From assembly GCA_030704615.1 (NCBI GenBank), contig CM060732.1, positions 9,114,001 to 9,178,000 of the forward strand: a DNA stretch of 64,000 nt, given 5' to 3'. Both the position numbers and the translations under genes were made by a program. A model generated the notes under the pieces. It made no database searches and had not been told where the DNA came from. It worked only from the letters and a program-made list of their open reading frames with translations. The stretch comes from Takakia lepidozioides (Eukaryota > Plantae > Bryophyta). Shown one piece after another: positions 1 through 11,900 of this stretch; within the stretch, counting starts at the first letter, position 1; the number at the start of each line of letters is the position of its first letter.

Positions 1-1312
1 CCCAGTTTGGGTTTCCTCACGAATCCACTGCACTTGGTCACCTCTTGTCCTGTTATTCAAGGTCAAAAGCTGAAGCTCTTCTAGACAGTTAATTAACCGT
101 CTGCCATTAGAATTCAGCTCGTCCTCACCAAAAGGTCCAATGATATCGTCCTGATGGATCCCTTTGCCCACCCGGCATTGAAGTCCCCCAATAGTACCAC
201 CTGACCTTTGGCAAGGAACGAAGCACAGTCCAGCTTTACATCTTCGAAGGCCTTGTCTGCGTCAGCACTAAGGGTCCCCTCTGTGGGCATGTAAACACAA
301 CCAACAAAGAGGTCCTTTGTACTCATGCCGCCCTTCAAATTCAGTTTTAGCCAGATACTATGCTCGTACCTCAAACCCTTGTTGATAATTTCACATTGTC
401 AAACAAGAAATCACGGACAAAGAATCCGACCCCTTTTTGACCGCGTTTGGCAGAGGCTGCCTTGAGAGTACACATCTTACCTGCCCATTTATAACCAATG
501 ACATCTCCAACCAGTTTATCCGACGTTTCCCATGTTTCTTGCCCAGCACAGATATGAATATCATTAGTCCGAAAGAACTTGTCCCACTTCAAGTTGTTTC
601 CTTTGGTTGGTCAACCCTGAGAAGTTGAAAGTGGCCAGCCGCAAGCCAGCCCTTTGCGTGTGAATTGTTTGTTTGTCGTCTAGGTAGCTTGTGATTGCTC
701 CTGGACGGCCAACCGTTCTGCAAAGGGGGGACAGTTACCCCATGTGTAGATTTTGCTCGTCTTGTGTAAACTTTGAGAATTGGTAAACCATTCAGGGTAC
801 CAAATCTTTCAGTTACACGACGCACAGGCTCCGCACACATAGGGGCAGATTGTCCGTCAGACTGCTTGGGGACAATTACCCCGTGTATAGATTTTGCTCG
901 TCTTGTGTAGACTTTGAGGATTGGTAAACCATTTAGAGTACCAAATCCTTCAGTTACACGACGTTCAGGCTCTGCACACTTAGGGACAGATTGTCCATCT
1001 GACGGCTTGGGGACAATTACCCCGTGTATAGAATTTGTTCGTCTTGTGTAAACCTTGAGGATTGGCAAACCATTCAGAGTACCAAATCCTTCAGATTCAG
1101 GACGTTCAGGTTCCGTACACTTAGGGGCATCTTGTCCTTCTGGCTGTTTGGATTCAACCTCATCCAGAGCATCAAACCGATTAGAAACTCTCAAGTTGAA
1201 GTTGTTGCCCTTGGTTGTCTTCCTAGAGCGCCCCATTGAATCACCAATGTCTAAGACCGCTCTCCAGCCAGTCAAGGGACGAACTTCTTTGAGATTGAAT
1301 TGATGCCGGACT

Positions 1313-1315
<3 letters not shown>
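1..1315 (-). mobile_element. 5' part of a non-LTR retrotransposon (LINE): N-terminal repeat ORF plus frameshifted apurinic-like endonuclease; continues beyond the left edge of the window
   Basis: Minus-strand frames give EEP endonuclease motifs LRLATFNFSG, ICAGQETW, GYKWAG, GVGFFVR, VGCVYMP, VLLGDFNA. Upstream ORF 589-1275 has the NRFDAL motif common near LINE ORF N-termini. Confidence 0.85.
729..1140 (-). repeat. About 3 tandem copies of a 141-bp (47-aa) coding repeat in the LINE N-terminal ORF
   Basis: ACA(G/A)TTACCCC recurs at 731, 872 and 1013. Translated unit is approximately GQSVPKCAEPERRVTEGFGTLNGLPILKVYTRRAKSIHGVIVPKQSD. Confidence 0.95.

Positions 1316-1359
<44 letters not shown>
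1316..1359. repeat. (GA)22 microsatellite at the 3' tail/target of a LINE
   Basis: Directly visible. Abuts the LINE 3' end TATGAGTACAA read on the minus strand. Confidence 0.98.
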
Positions 1360-1364
<5 letters not shown>

Positions 1365-3691
1365 CTCATAAAGACGTTGTTTGCCGTAGCCTTGTGCCAT
1401 TGACCCCGCGCCCAGTTTGAGCGGGAACAAAAGGGACAGAACCTACCTCTGTCAGGGGCTCACGTTGGTAGTAAGACTTACCTCCATATAAAGAATTAAT
1501 CCGGGTTTTCCAGATATCCTCTAGAAATCCCTTCACACAAGCATCAATCTGCTGTGTGTGATTTGCCCAAAAACTAGGCCTCAGGAGGGCCTGGGCTTTT
1601 GGCTCAGCCTCGAGACTTTCAAAATTGTTAAACAGGGGTACAGGCACAATTCCCTTGATAGAATTGAAGAGAGCGTCTCTTTGGTGAGAGAACCCCGGAC
1701 AGTGTATCAGAAAATGAATACTGTCTTCAGATTGCCCACACAACGGGCAATTGCACTCTCCCTTTCCTCTCTGCTTCTGTTTGCTGTTCAAAGGTAGGCT
1801 TCCTGCCCTGAGTTTAAATTTCAGTCTAGTGCCGAGAGTGGGTAGACCCTTGAGGTCATCCAAGATGTCCTCCCCCATGTCACAGACTGGAAACAAGTTC
1901 AGGGAAGTTTTCTGCCTAACTTCATTTTCATCAGACAATCTCATGGCAACAGACATGGCTGAGGACACTACAGCCTCTAAGTCAGATTTATCCAGCAGGG
2001 TCAAGACTGGTTGGCCCTTCAACGTTTGTACAAACCGAAAAACGGTCAGCAAGTACAAGCGCTGAAGACTACTAAAGGTGCAGTGGTGACTTCATCGGTT
2101 GACATTGTCAAAACCTTTGAAACTCACTACAGTATCCTTGGCAGAACTTCTAGGTCTAACAGTGAGGGGTCTTCTGCTGAATGGAGGGACACAGTTGGAA
2201 AAACTGTTCCTATGATTCAAAACAGCCCTGATGAACTGGAGTATATTTCAATGGCTTATAATGCTCCCATTAGTTCTTCTGAGATTGTGGATGCAATTGA
2301 ACATTTAAATGGGATAAAGCTGGTGGACCTGATGGTATTGTCAACGAGCTTATCAAGCACGGTGGCGATCCCATGATAGAGGCCCTAGTTCTCCTCTTTA
2401 ACCTTATCTGGAAGACTGAAATGATCCCCTTTCGCTGGCGACAGGGGGTCATTGTCAATCTATACAAGAAGGGTGACAGAGAAGAACCGGGGAACTACCG
2501 TGGCATCACGCTCCTCAATGCTGTTGGCAAGACATTCTGCAGAGTTATAAGTACTCGTCTCGAGGTTGATCTGGAGTCTAGAGGTTGTTTCCACGAAGGC
2601 CAAGCTGGCTTTCGGCGAAACAGGGGCTGTGTGGATCATATCTTCACTCTAAGCCAGATTATCCAGGGAAGGAAAAAAGAAGGGAAACCCACTTATGTCT
2701 TTTTCCTGGATGTCAAAAAGGCTTATGACACAGTGTGGAGAGATGGCCTATGGTTCCGCCTCTGGTCTGGTGGATCAAGGGAAAGATGTGGAGAGTTGTC
2801 CACAACTTGTATGCTCACACCAAAAGCTGTGTCACTGTTAACGGACAGAAGTCCAACTTCTTTGACATAGACCAAGGTGTAGCTCAAGGATGTACTCTCT
2901 CCCCTCTGCTCTTCAATGTTTTCATCAATCAACTCCTCGAGGATGTGGAAAGTGAGGGATTTGGGTTAAGGGTGGGTGATACCACCATACCAGCCCTTAT
3001 GTTTGCGGATGACTTCGCAGGCATAGGGGAGACTCCAACCAATCTCCAGGAATTGATTGATTGCGCGAAGAGATACTTTGATCTTTGGGGGCTAGAGGCT
3101 AATGTCAGCAAATGTGCAGTGGTAGCATTCAACGACAGAGGAGAGGGAGGAAGTGATCTTAAGCCAAGAGATCCCGGTCCTCCCTTCCTACACTTACCTG
3201 GGCGTTGAGTTCTCCTCCAATTGTAATTGGGATGCACATATCCGAAAGAAAGTTGTTCAAACTGGCAAGGGCAAAGCTCTGGGGCTCCCTAAACTTTTCC
3301 ACTGCAGAGGGGTCACCTCTGAGGTTAAGAAAACCATGCTTTGTCGCGTTATTAGACCTGCCTTGGAGTACGGATCTGCTATATGGGTTGATAACTCCAA
3401 CCAGGCTAAGTCTCTAGAATCCATTCAAGTGGGGGTGCTTAAGGAGTGTATGTCAGCATGCTCCAAAACAGCCAATGTGGCTGTTTGGGGTGAGTTTGGC
3501 ATTCCGTCCTTAAGCTCCCGACGAGATGAATTCAAGGTCAGATGGTGGGGTCAGCTGCAACATATGCCCAACACCAGATATCCTAAGTTAATCGACTCCA
3601 TATCTTGGAAACAGGACCGCCCTGTCAAACAGGCTAAGTCCTGGCAGAAGAGAGTAGAAGAGATCCTCAAGGACCTGGACCTGGATCCTCT
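1360..3691 (-). mobile_element. LINE copy with 5' inversion: 3' portion on minus (1360-2010), RT portion inverted on plus (2011-3691); frameshifted
   Basis: Plus: RT motifs YKKGD, NYRGITLL, QAGFR, LDVKKAYD, GVAQGCTLSP, FADD, YTYLG, ending at KDLDLDPL. Minus: VLTLLDKS...LRAGSLPL...CPLCGQSEDSIHFLIHCP. The two pieces are contiguous in the uninverted copy at 18511-19756. (GA)n lies on both sides. Confidence 0.9.
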
Positions 3692-3713
3692 GAGAGAGAG
3701 AGAGAGAGAGAGA

Positions 3714-3860
3714 CGGAGACGTAGCCTTGGGGGCGCGGAACAAAAGGGAACAGACACTACCTTCATGAGGGGCTCCCGTACGGGGACTTACCTGGATATA
3801 CACAATTAGTTCAGGCCAGATTGCCTCTAGAAAGCCCTTCACACAAGCATCAATCTGCAG
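3714..3860 (-). mobile_element. Degenerate short 3' fragment of the same LINE family, with (TC)n tail at 3692-3713
   Basis: Minus frame QIDACVKGFLEAIW and a 3' UTR similar to 1380-1550. Confidence 0.8.
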
Positions 3861-3873
3861 AACCAGAATATAC

Positions 3874-6800
3874 CTGTTAAGCGTGGGCCGAGGAGGGATG
3901 CCACTGGCTGCTGTGTAGGGTTCTATGGACATGGGCATCCCACCCACCTCAGAAGGAGTTTCCCCTACCCTATAACTGCCATTAGAATGTCTATTGGCTG
4001 CCCCTGCTGAATGTATATCTCCACCAAATAGTTGCAAACGTCGGGCTTTGCTGGGAGGTGAGAGGACAATGGGTCCAGTAGGGGAACGAAGCTCTGGAGG
4101 TTGTAGCTGTCCTTCTGGCCTTGGGGGCGGCCTTCGGAGGAGTGCATTTTTTGTTGCTGCTGGTTCTGTCATAAAGTACCTGCAGAGGTTTACCTGTGCC
4201 CAACTTCAGCTGCAGAAACCTAGAAAACGAGAAGAGCAAAGTGTCTCTTATTCAGATTATTATGACGTGGTTTCTTATTGTGGCTCTGCTTTATGCCACT
4301 TTCCAGAGAAAGCTGTGGCAGAAGACTGAGATGACCAACAACCAGCAAGGGGGATAGTTACATATGTGATAGTTATAGTTACCTGTCACGGTTGACCAAA
4401 CTAGCTACTGGGTTTGGCTCTAAAGGTAAGCATTTGTGCATTGGCATTCACCTATTCCTTCGAGACTACATTCCAGTTACACTTCCCATACAATGGAATC
4501 CCTTACTGATAAGGAGAAGCATCTGTTAATACTTATTGATGGAGCGATACTCCATAGCAACTGGTGTAGAGAGGAAAGAGAGAGACCTATGCTCCAATGT
4601 TTGCTGTGCCGAGATCCGAGACTTGGGATCAAACATAAACATTCGTTGTAGAAGGTCTAAGCAGTCTTCGCTGGCCATGGGGAAGAGAGAGCGAAAGGGC
4701 TGAGGTGGAAAGTACTGGTATTCAACATAGTCAGGGAGAGAGGTCATGTCTGGCCATTGTGATTCTCTTGGAGTTCCAAATGCTCCAAATATTTTTCCAA
4801 GTTGATCAATGTCGCTGGAGCCCTGTCATAGCCACATCCATGTAACTAGTCACACCTCCAAATGCAGTGGAAATGGGGAGGACAAGCGTTGGCAAAGAAA
4901 TGTGCCTTCTGTGCCACCCACATAAGCCCACCTGCATCTCTCTCTCTCCCCCACCTCTGTGAGGAAGGGATTCGCAACAGTCTCTCTCCCCCATCCTCAA
5001 ATCCAGAGATGAAGGAATTCTAATCCCTTTGCCCCACTGAAATATACCCAAATTGCATGAACAAGAAAATTTCAGACTTTGATAGCCGTGCACCTTATCA
5101 GATGGGTCAAATGCAAGTTCATTCTTGAAAGTTTGTGGAAATAAGAAAAAGTACGTGAAGTACAAATCCAGTGGGATTCTGCGAAATACTGACCAAAAAG
5201 AGGTACCTGGAGGAAGGGCCGGCGCAGTATGAGCTCTGCAAAGATGCAAGCTGCTGCCCAGATGTCAACACCTGGCCCATAAACCTTGGAGCCAAAGAGA
5301 AGCTCAGGTGCACGATACCATCGAGCAAACACCTGGCTCCCCATTGGCCCCCCTTTGTCAGTGCGAGCTCTGCGCACCCAACATCAGTATCCTGGAATTG
5401 ACACCCAGCTAGCAATCAGGAGTATTGGATACAACAGATTGCCCTAATGCAGGCAATTACAGTTTGGTTTTCATCGTCCAAACAGTTAAAACATTCTGCT
5501 GGCACAACAAGTCCTTGGATAGCCACTGTCAGGGAAGGTTGGCGGCAGCATCCTTAATGTTCCATCAAATCCATATACACTATGTTCTAGGTTAACCTAT
5601 GTTGTACGCCCCATGTTCTAGCCCAGTTGCGCATGATCGGACTTTCAAGGAAACTGTGTGAGGACTATTCCCGTTCGCAATAGGCAACCGGGAATCAAGG
5701 GTATCAGACAAGGGTGGTCTTACAAATTCTTGTTCTCCTTTGCTCTGTAGTGCAGAAATCCATCTCGCTGTTGAGACCACGACTGGTGCTAGACATATGC
5801 AAAATAACTTGCATCAAGTTTTCTTGCTGTTGTACTGTTATACTGATTACAGAGACCACTATTTGGCACATCGACCCACCCGTTTTGGCCCTCAGTTTCA
5901 CTAACTCAGATAGTAAAATGTTAGGCAGAAAACCCCCAAGTTGAACCTCTAGTCTAAGAGGCCTTTCTCAAGCAATGGAGAGCAGAAAGGTCATGAGAGC
6001 AAAAGGCTCTACAACCACATGAAAGACAGGACAAGGTCAAGGCCTCTTTACCTGGTGAGTGAACCTTCGATCAGGACTTCCAAAAATGCGGGCCAACCCA
6101 AAGTCAGCCAGCTTTAATTGCCCGTCTGAGGCAATCAACAGATTGTTGGGTTTCATATCCCTGCATTTTTCAACCATTGTTCACTCAATCCACTTTCAGT
6201 CACACTACCCGAGATGTAAACTCCTAATAAACAGGCTTTGTGCATGATGGATAGAGGTTCACTCAGGGACTTCACTTCTGTGAAGGTGGCTATATATCGG
6301 AGCAAGTTATGGCTTTGTAACCCACCAGAGCATGAATCCCCACCCAGCCAGGATGACTCAAGGACAGCACTGACCTCAAACCGAGGCGTAAGGAGACAAA
6401 GAAAGAAACAGACGTATGGCCTCTGTGGGTCAAAAAAGGCCCACAGGACAGAAGAAAAAGCATTGTAGACCCACAGAAAACAAAGGAAAACCAAATCCCA
6501 AATGTTATAGAGATGTGCTTGTGCTGGCAGAACTCTTAGCTGTACTCCAATCTTCTCCACCCTTAGTTAAGAATGTACTCATGCCATTCCCTGCGAACGT
6601 TGGCTTGCCATAGCCTTATCCCATGGGAAACTAACCCTCCCTCAGCCTTTTGTGGGGGTTCAAACCCACCAGACTTTCTGTTGAGAGAGAGGGGCAGAGC
6701 AATTACAGACCTGTGAAGCACCCATTTCTTGTGACACACTGCAAGTCCCTTGAGTGTCATTTGCATGTAAGACTTGATATCCGCTGGAGACAGAACAATG

Positions 6801-8284
6801 TTACGGTCTCGTATCACCGCTTCCAAATCACTCTCCATGAATTCAAATACAAGGTGGAGATTCCGCTTGTGGGGGTAAACATCAACCAGTTCAATGATGT
6901 TGGGATCGTGAAGCTCCTTCAGCATTTTTATCTCCCGCAATGCTGTCACATTCACCCCCTCCTTGTACTTCCCAAGCCTGATCTTTTTTACAGCAACTGT
7001 CCTGTTTGTCTGCACAGGCATGGTATAGTAGTATACACCAATAGCACTGCAGGGGTTTCGAATTTCAAGGTACAAAGTGCCATAAAATGTGAAATCTGGG
7101 AATGGGAAGCATTGGTCAGAGAAATAAAGAGTATTACAATTAGATTAGCCCACTTCTGTGTCTCTCCTCTTGTTTGAAGGGCTTTTTAGAGGATATCTGG
7201 AAAGCACGAACTATTGTCTTCATCTTGGTAAGTCCCACTACCAGAGTGAGCCCCTCACAAAGGTAGTTTCTGTTCCCTTTTGTTTCACCCAAACTGGGTA
7301 CGGAGTCGTTGGCCACAAGGCTACAGCAAACGTCATCTTATGAGTACATTCTCTCCTCTTGTTTCTTTGACATGGTGACAGCAGTGTAACCACTTCCACA
7401 GCCACAACTCAAGGTATGACCATTCGCACTAAGCAAGTGCTGGCTACAGGAAATAATCAAACTTCAGTTTTCAGCCAGGGGGCTATGGTAGCAGGGTTGG
7501 AATGAAAACCTCTTTGTAGTAGGGCAGTCAATGCCAGTCGAGATTTCAAACAATACTTACTTTCCCATCACTGGATTATCAGTGCCAGCATTGGAGTCCT
7601 AGGGCAAGTTGACGTTGCATCTTACATGCTGATGTGAGCTGAAACTCCTCTGAGAAGGCTAGTATCCTGTGCGACTCTGCCCCTGAGGGCATGGTGGATT
7701 GAAACTCCACAACCAGCTCCAGCCTACGGGTGCGTTGAACACAAGGGCTAGGCCCTCATGGTTACTTAAGGAGGTTCATACAACATCTCTCTCTGCCCTT
7801 TTCTAGACACTCTGTGACTGCCTGCCTTTCTTCTACAGAGTGACAAATTTGCAGCCAGATTAAGGACTACAGGAGCACTTTTGCTTTTCTGGTATGGATT
7901 GGAATAGCGGTGTCAGAGCTTTTGACCGTTCTGTGCAGAACTAGGTTTACACAATGAGCCTGAAGCACACTTTGCCGAATTTTTGCAACCATTCGAACAA
8001 GCTAGCCTTCCTAGGGAATTGAGCTCTTTCCCCTCCCATTTTATAAATGTAGCCAGAGACCACTCCCTTTTGTTGGCTACGTTGTAGTGATACCTTAGGG
8101 CCTGGCATTGGGATCATTGCACCCGTCATATAAATTTCGACTTTGGCACAGATACAGTGGGGCATGGCCATGGACGAGAAAGTACCAGGAGGTCAACGGC
8201 CTTGAAGACAACACCATAAGTTCCCTCACCGAGTGTCACCCCCTTCACGTACCGGCCCGTCCCATTCTCCTTCCCCACGACCAT
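3874..8284 (-). CDS. CDKD: Cyclin-dependent kinase D (plant CDK7/CAK). Exons 8284-8186, 7009-6711, 6160-6052, 5332-5207, 4822-4587, 4179-3874; final exon probably left of the window
   Basis: Spliced protein [29 protein letters not shown]...[24 protein letters not shown] (N(F/V)TALRE CDKD signature)...[10 protein letters not shown]...[30 protein letters not shown]...DQLGKIF. All junctions are GT-AG and in phase. The last visible exon ends PPRPTLN at a GT donor with no stop. Confidence 0.95.
6571..6700 (-). mobile_element. Possible short SINE-like element whose 3' end resembles the LINE 3' end (CDKD intron)
   Basis: Minus strand has B-box-like GGGTTTGAACCC, then AAGGCTATGGCAAG...CATGAGTACATTCT, compared with the LINE end AAGGCTACGGCAAAC...TATGAGTACA(A/T)TCT. 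Confidence 0.45.
7176..7349 (+). mobile_element. 5'-truncated LINE 3' end in CDKD intron 1 with a 15-bp target-site duplication
   Basis: Matches the LINE 3' end (GAAGGGCTTTTTAGAGGATATCTGG...TTATGAGTACAT). TSD TCTCTCCTCTTGTTT at 7161-7175 and 7350-7364. Confidence 0.9.
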
Positions 8285-8994
8285 TTCTCCAAACCCTAGT
8301 TTCTGGTATTCAAACAGCTTTCAGACTTGAAATTCAACCCTACAATGACTGCCCTCAACTCATGCCGGAATAAATTCTGAAAATTGGAAAAACCCAATAG
8401 TAAGAAACAACGACAAACACCAGGACTTATGCATGACAGGTTCTCTTCAAAGTGCAGATGCCAACTCACCAAACATGTGATCAAAGAGAGAATGTGCAAC
8501 CCACCTACGAGGTCTGATCCTCGCGAGTCGCACCCAGACGATCCCACAACGGAGAGAGAGAATAGTAAAGAGCGATGAATGTTGGATATTCTATTCGTCA
8601 TCCGTTCGGCTCTTCATCCATCTTCCTGGACTGCCGAGTCCTTCACACTAGTCGCGCGGGAAAGAATGGAGCGCTTCTTTTAGGTCTTGCCTTACTCGAT
8701 TCGTTGTGGCAACTGCGCCTGTCTCTTGTGACGGTTAAATTGTGAGAGGGGTTTGTCGCAGACACAGTTTTGAAGTGGAGCAGAGCTGGTCGAGGCGACA
8801 GACTTTGCAAGGTTCTTTATGGTCGTTCCCAGCTTCGGTCTGCCTCGACGACCTGCTTCGGCTAGCTCATACCTACAACTCGGTTCTGGGTGTTGAAAAT
8901 CTGCTTTGACATTATGGGTCAGTAGCTCCGGGAAGCCTAAAGGTACATTGGCCGAAGGTTTCCTCGAATGTTTGTTGGGCTCGAGTGAGCAGCC
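8285..8994. promoter_or_regulatory. Putative bidirectional promoter/5' UTR region shared by CDKD and RAD17
   Basis: Divergent start codons at 8284(-) and 8995(+), about 710 bp apart. CpG-rich relative to the introns; AAACCCTA telo-box-like motif at about 8291. Confidence 0.6.
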
Positions 8995-11900
8995 ATGGCC
9001 AAACGGAGGCGTCATCTAGTGCTTCTCTCAGACGACGAGGAAGAAGATCACTGTGATTCAGTTTCTGCAGCCCTTTCCACTCTCCGCCATGATGGAGATG
9101 GAGGACATGGAGCGTGTATCGCAGGCTCTCTTTCTTCTCAGGTACTAATTGATGGCACAAGGATTGGTTGGAAGGGTGGGGGATTTTAGCAGGTTTGGCA
9201 TTTTGTGTTGGATCATACCTACTTGAAGTTGAGACATGTTTCTTTTTTCTTATTGGATATTGAGAGGGTGAACGAAGGTGTATAATGGGAAGGTGCGTGT
9301 ATTTCACAGGATTCCTGGAAATCTGTGCTTCTGGAGACCAATTCAGATCTGCCTGGGAGATCGCGAGCACAAACTTCTGTTACTACTAGTACACCCAAGC
9401 CCTCTCTGCCCTGTTTCTGGGACTTTTTTGTTCTAGTACTGCACTTGTTTTGGTTATGCTACTTATCAGAACGCATTGAACCAGTTCCCGCGAACTTGAA
9501 CAAGCTAGACCTAGAAATGAAGGAAATACAACATGGCCCTCACCCCTTGCAATGTGAGAAAACATATTAATTAACAGCTCTGCAAAGTGGTAAGCACGCC
9601 ATAGATGGTTTCCTGGATGATCCAAGCTGTTAAATGCACTAGTCCTAAAGGACCGTGAACAGTTCTGCCTGTGGTGGCATGTAGCATTGTGATCCTCCAC
9701 CCGAGCTTGTTGCTGGTAATCTGTTTCAAATACTATTCTCTTTCTTGGGCAGGAGGCAGGAAACTAAATGTGAAGCAGTCAAATGGGTTGTTGCCATTTG
9801 TAAAAGTAATTGACAAGTTTCCAGCAGCCTTCAAGCCTGACTGCATTGCTGGCAAGTTGAAAGGTAGTTGCCCTGCTGTGAAGGATGTTGGTAGGAGAGG
9901 TGGGTGTGAGGATGTTGGAAAAGAGCTATTTGGCTTAAAGGTGGAGCTATCTGTGTGAGGATTGTTGGATGAGGGTATGTCTGGATAAGGTTAGAGAACC
10001 TTATCTAATACAATGTTCTTGCTGTAGCAGGATGAGTTCCTGTAAGAAACATAGTTCTTCTCTATCACCGACTTGAAGAACAAATGCTGCTTGTGATCTG
10101 TTCAATCTCTTTCACCTTGCCGTATGGCTCTAACAGGTTGTCACCTTCTCACATGGGCCTGGACTTTTTGAATCTTGGCAGATCATGCTTCGCAATCCCA
10201 TACAGAGCCAGATTTCAAGCTATGGGTGGAGAAGCATGGCCCAAGGACTGCTGCGGATCTGGCAGTACATAATAAGAAAGTGAGGCCTTTTTGAAATCTC
10301 TTCCAATCTTTTTCAGTCAACACATGACTAAAATAAAGCAGTGGCAGAAGTTTGTTTATGCTGGATGCCTAGCCCTGGGCAGGTTTATTTTTAACAATGT
10401 CTTTCACATGCGACCCACAATGTTTTGGTTGATTGGATAATGATTTATGTATTATCTGCTTCTTTGAATCTAAGCTGTTCCATTATAGTGGATAGATCAG
10501 ATGGGGCCAGCATCAGGGAGGGAGAGAAGATACCAAGTGATGCGAGTGTATGAAGTCTGCCCATCCTTCCATCATACATCTATTAAATCAGCTGTCCATC
10601 CCCTCTATAGTGCTTTTGTGCTGAGCCTCTTGAGTTTGATTATGCAGATAGACTTCGAGTGGTGATAGGGAGGATGATGCATGGGTTGTGGGGGCAGATA
10701 GGTGAGGTACGGGCATGGCTGGAAGGACAGCTGCTCCCCGCCTTCGGGGTAAGCCTCAGGGGAACTTGCCACCCACTGGATACTGGGGGTATTTTCTCAA
10801 TTTTACATTTTCGCTTTCTTCTCTTGTCCGGACATATTGTTCCATCTCCATCTCTGTTCCTTTTTTATGTGTGTTGCTCTTCCTGAGTGACCAAACTTGC
10901 TCTAGATGTGCGCTACACATTTGAGAGGATTGTAGCTTCCAGACACGCCCACAGCTGGTGCCAAAGGTTATGTAACTCCTGAAGTTTTGCAAGCTATATA
11001 TGGCTCATTCTAGTACCATGAACTTCATGTCTACCAGTGGGGAAGCTCCCTTTCTCAAAGTAACCCCATTATGGGGGCAGCTTGATTGTTCCTCGTTTTT
11101 GGGGGTTCCTCGCGAGTTTGCTACTAGTTTATGTTCATGCTTTTTGAGACTTACTCTCTGTGCTGTTGTTGTTTGCAGAATCATTGTGGCGGCCGCGTGC
11201 TCATGATCACAGGACCGGCAGGGGTGGGAAAAACGGTGAGGCCCCATGCCTTCCTCTGTGATTTGATCAATGTGAAGTTCAAGAAGGTTAAAACAGTCGA
11301 CTTTAAACTCTTAGGCTTCGTTGTACAGTAACAAGAGGTGATGCAATGAATTGACATCAGATGAATCGCTGTGCTGAATGTGAGTGGGGCTCAGGCTGTT
11401 GTACGTGTGCTAGCAGATATTATGGGTCTGGAGCTTTTTGAGTGGAAGCCTCCTACTCCGACTCTTTGGCAGGAGCACATGCATCAGGCAACTAATGGTA
11501 TTCTGGCAAACCCTAAAAAGGGAGGTCAATGTCTGCTCTATGCATCTGATGTCTGTGGTGAGGCAGTCCTTTGTTGACTTTTGCAAGGAAGACCATAAAC
11601 TACCAGGCATCAAGTGCCAATTCATTTTGCGGCTGGTGAATCAAAACATTGATTCATCTGACCATATGGTATCTTGCTTCTGAGCAGGGACTCCTTACAT
11701 GTCGAAGCTTGATGACTTTGAGGTTTTTCTGGAAAGTGCAAGCAAACTTCCTATGCTACCCGTCGTTGTTTCATCTTCAAGCCCCAAGTCTGGGTTGTCC
11801 CGACAGGATGACCATCGTCACCAGAAAGTAGCGAAGGTACTTATGATAGAGGACCTGCCATTGGTGAATGACCCAGAGCGACAGCAGCGGCTCTGCCGGT

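Noticed and set aside
6563-7075. Listed ORFs (e.g. 6563-7075, 3588-4172, 13599-14030) as stand-alone genes
   Set aside because: They are single exons of CDKD or RAD17 read through into introns; the 3588-4172 ORF runs into a LINE fragment after the GT donor at 3873.
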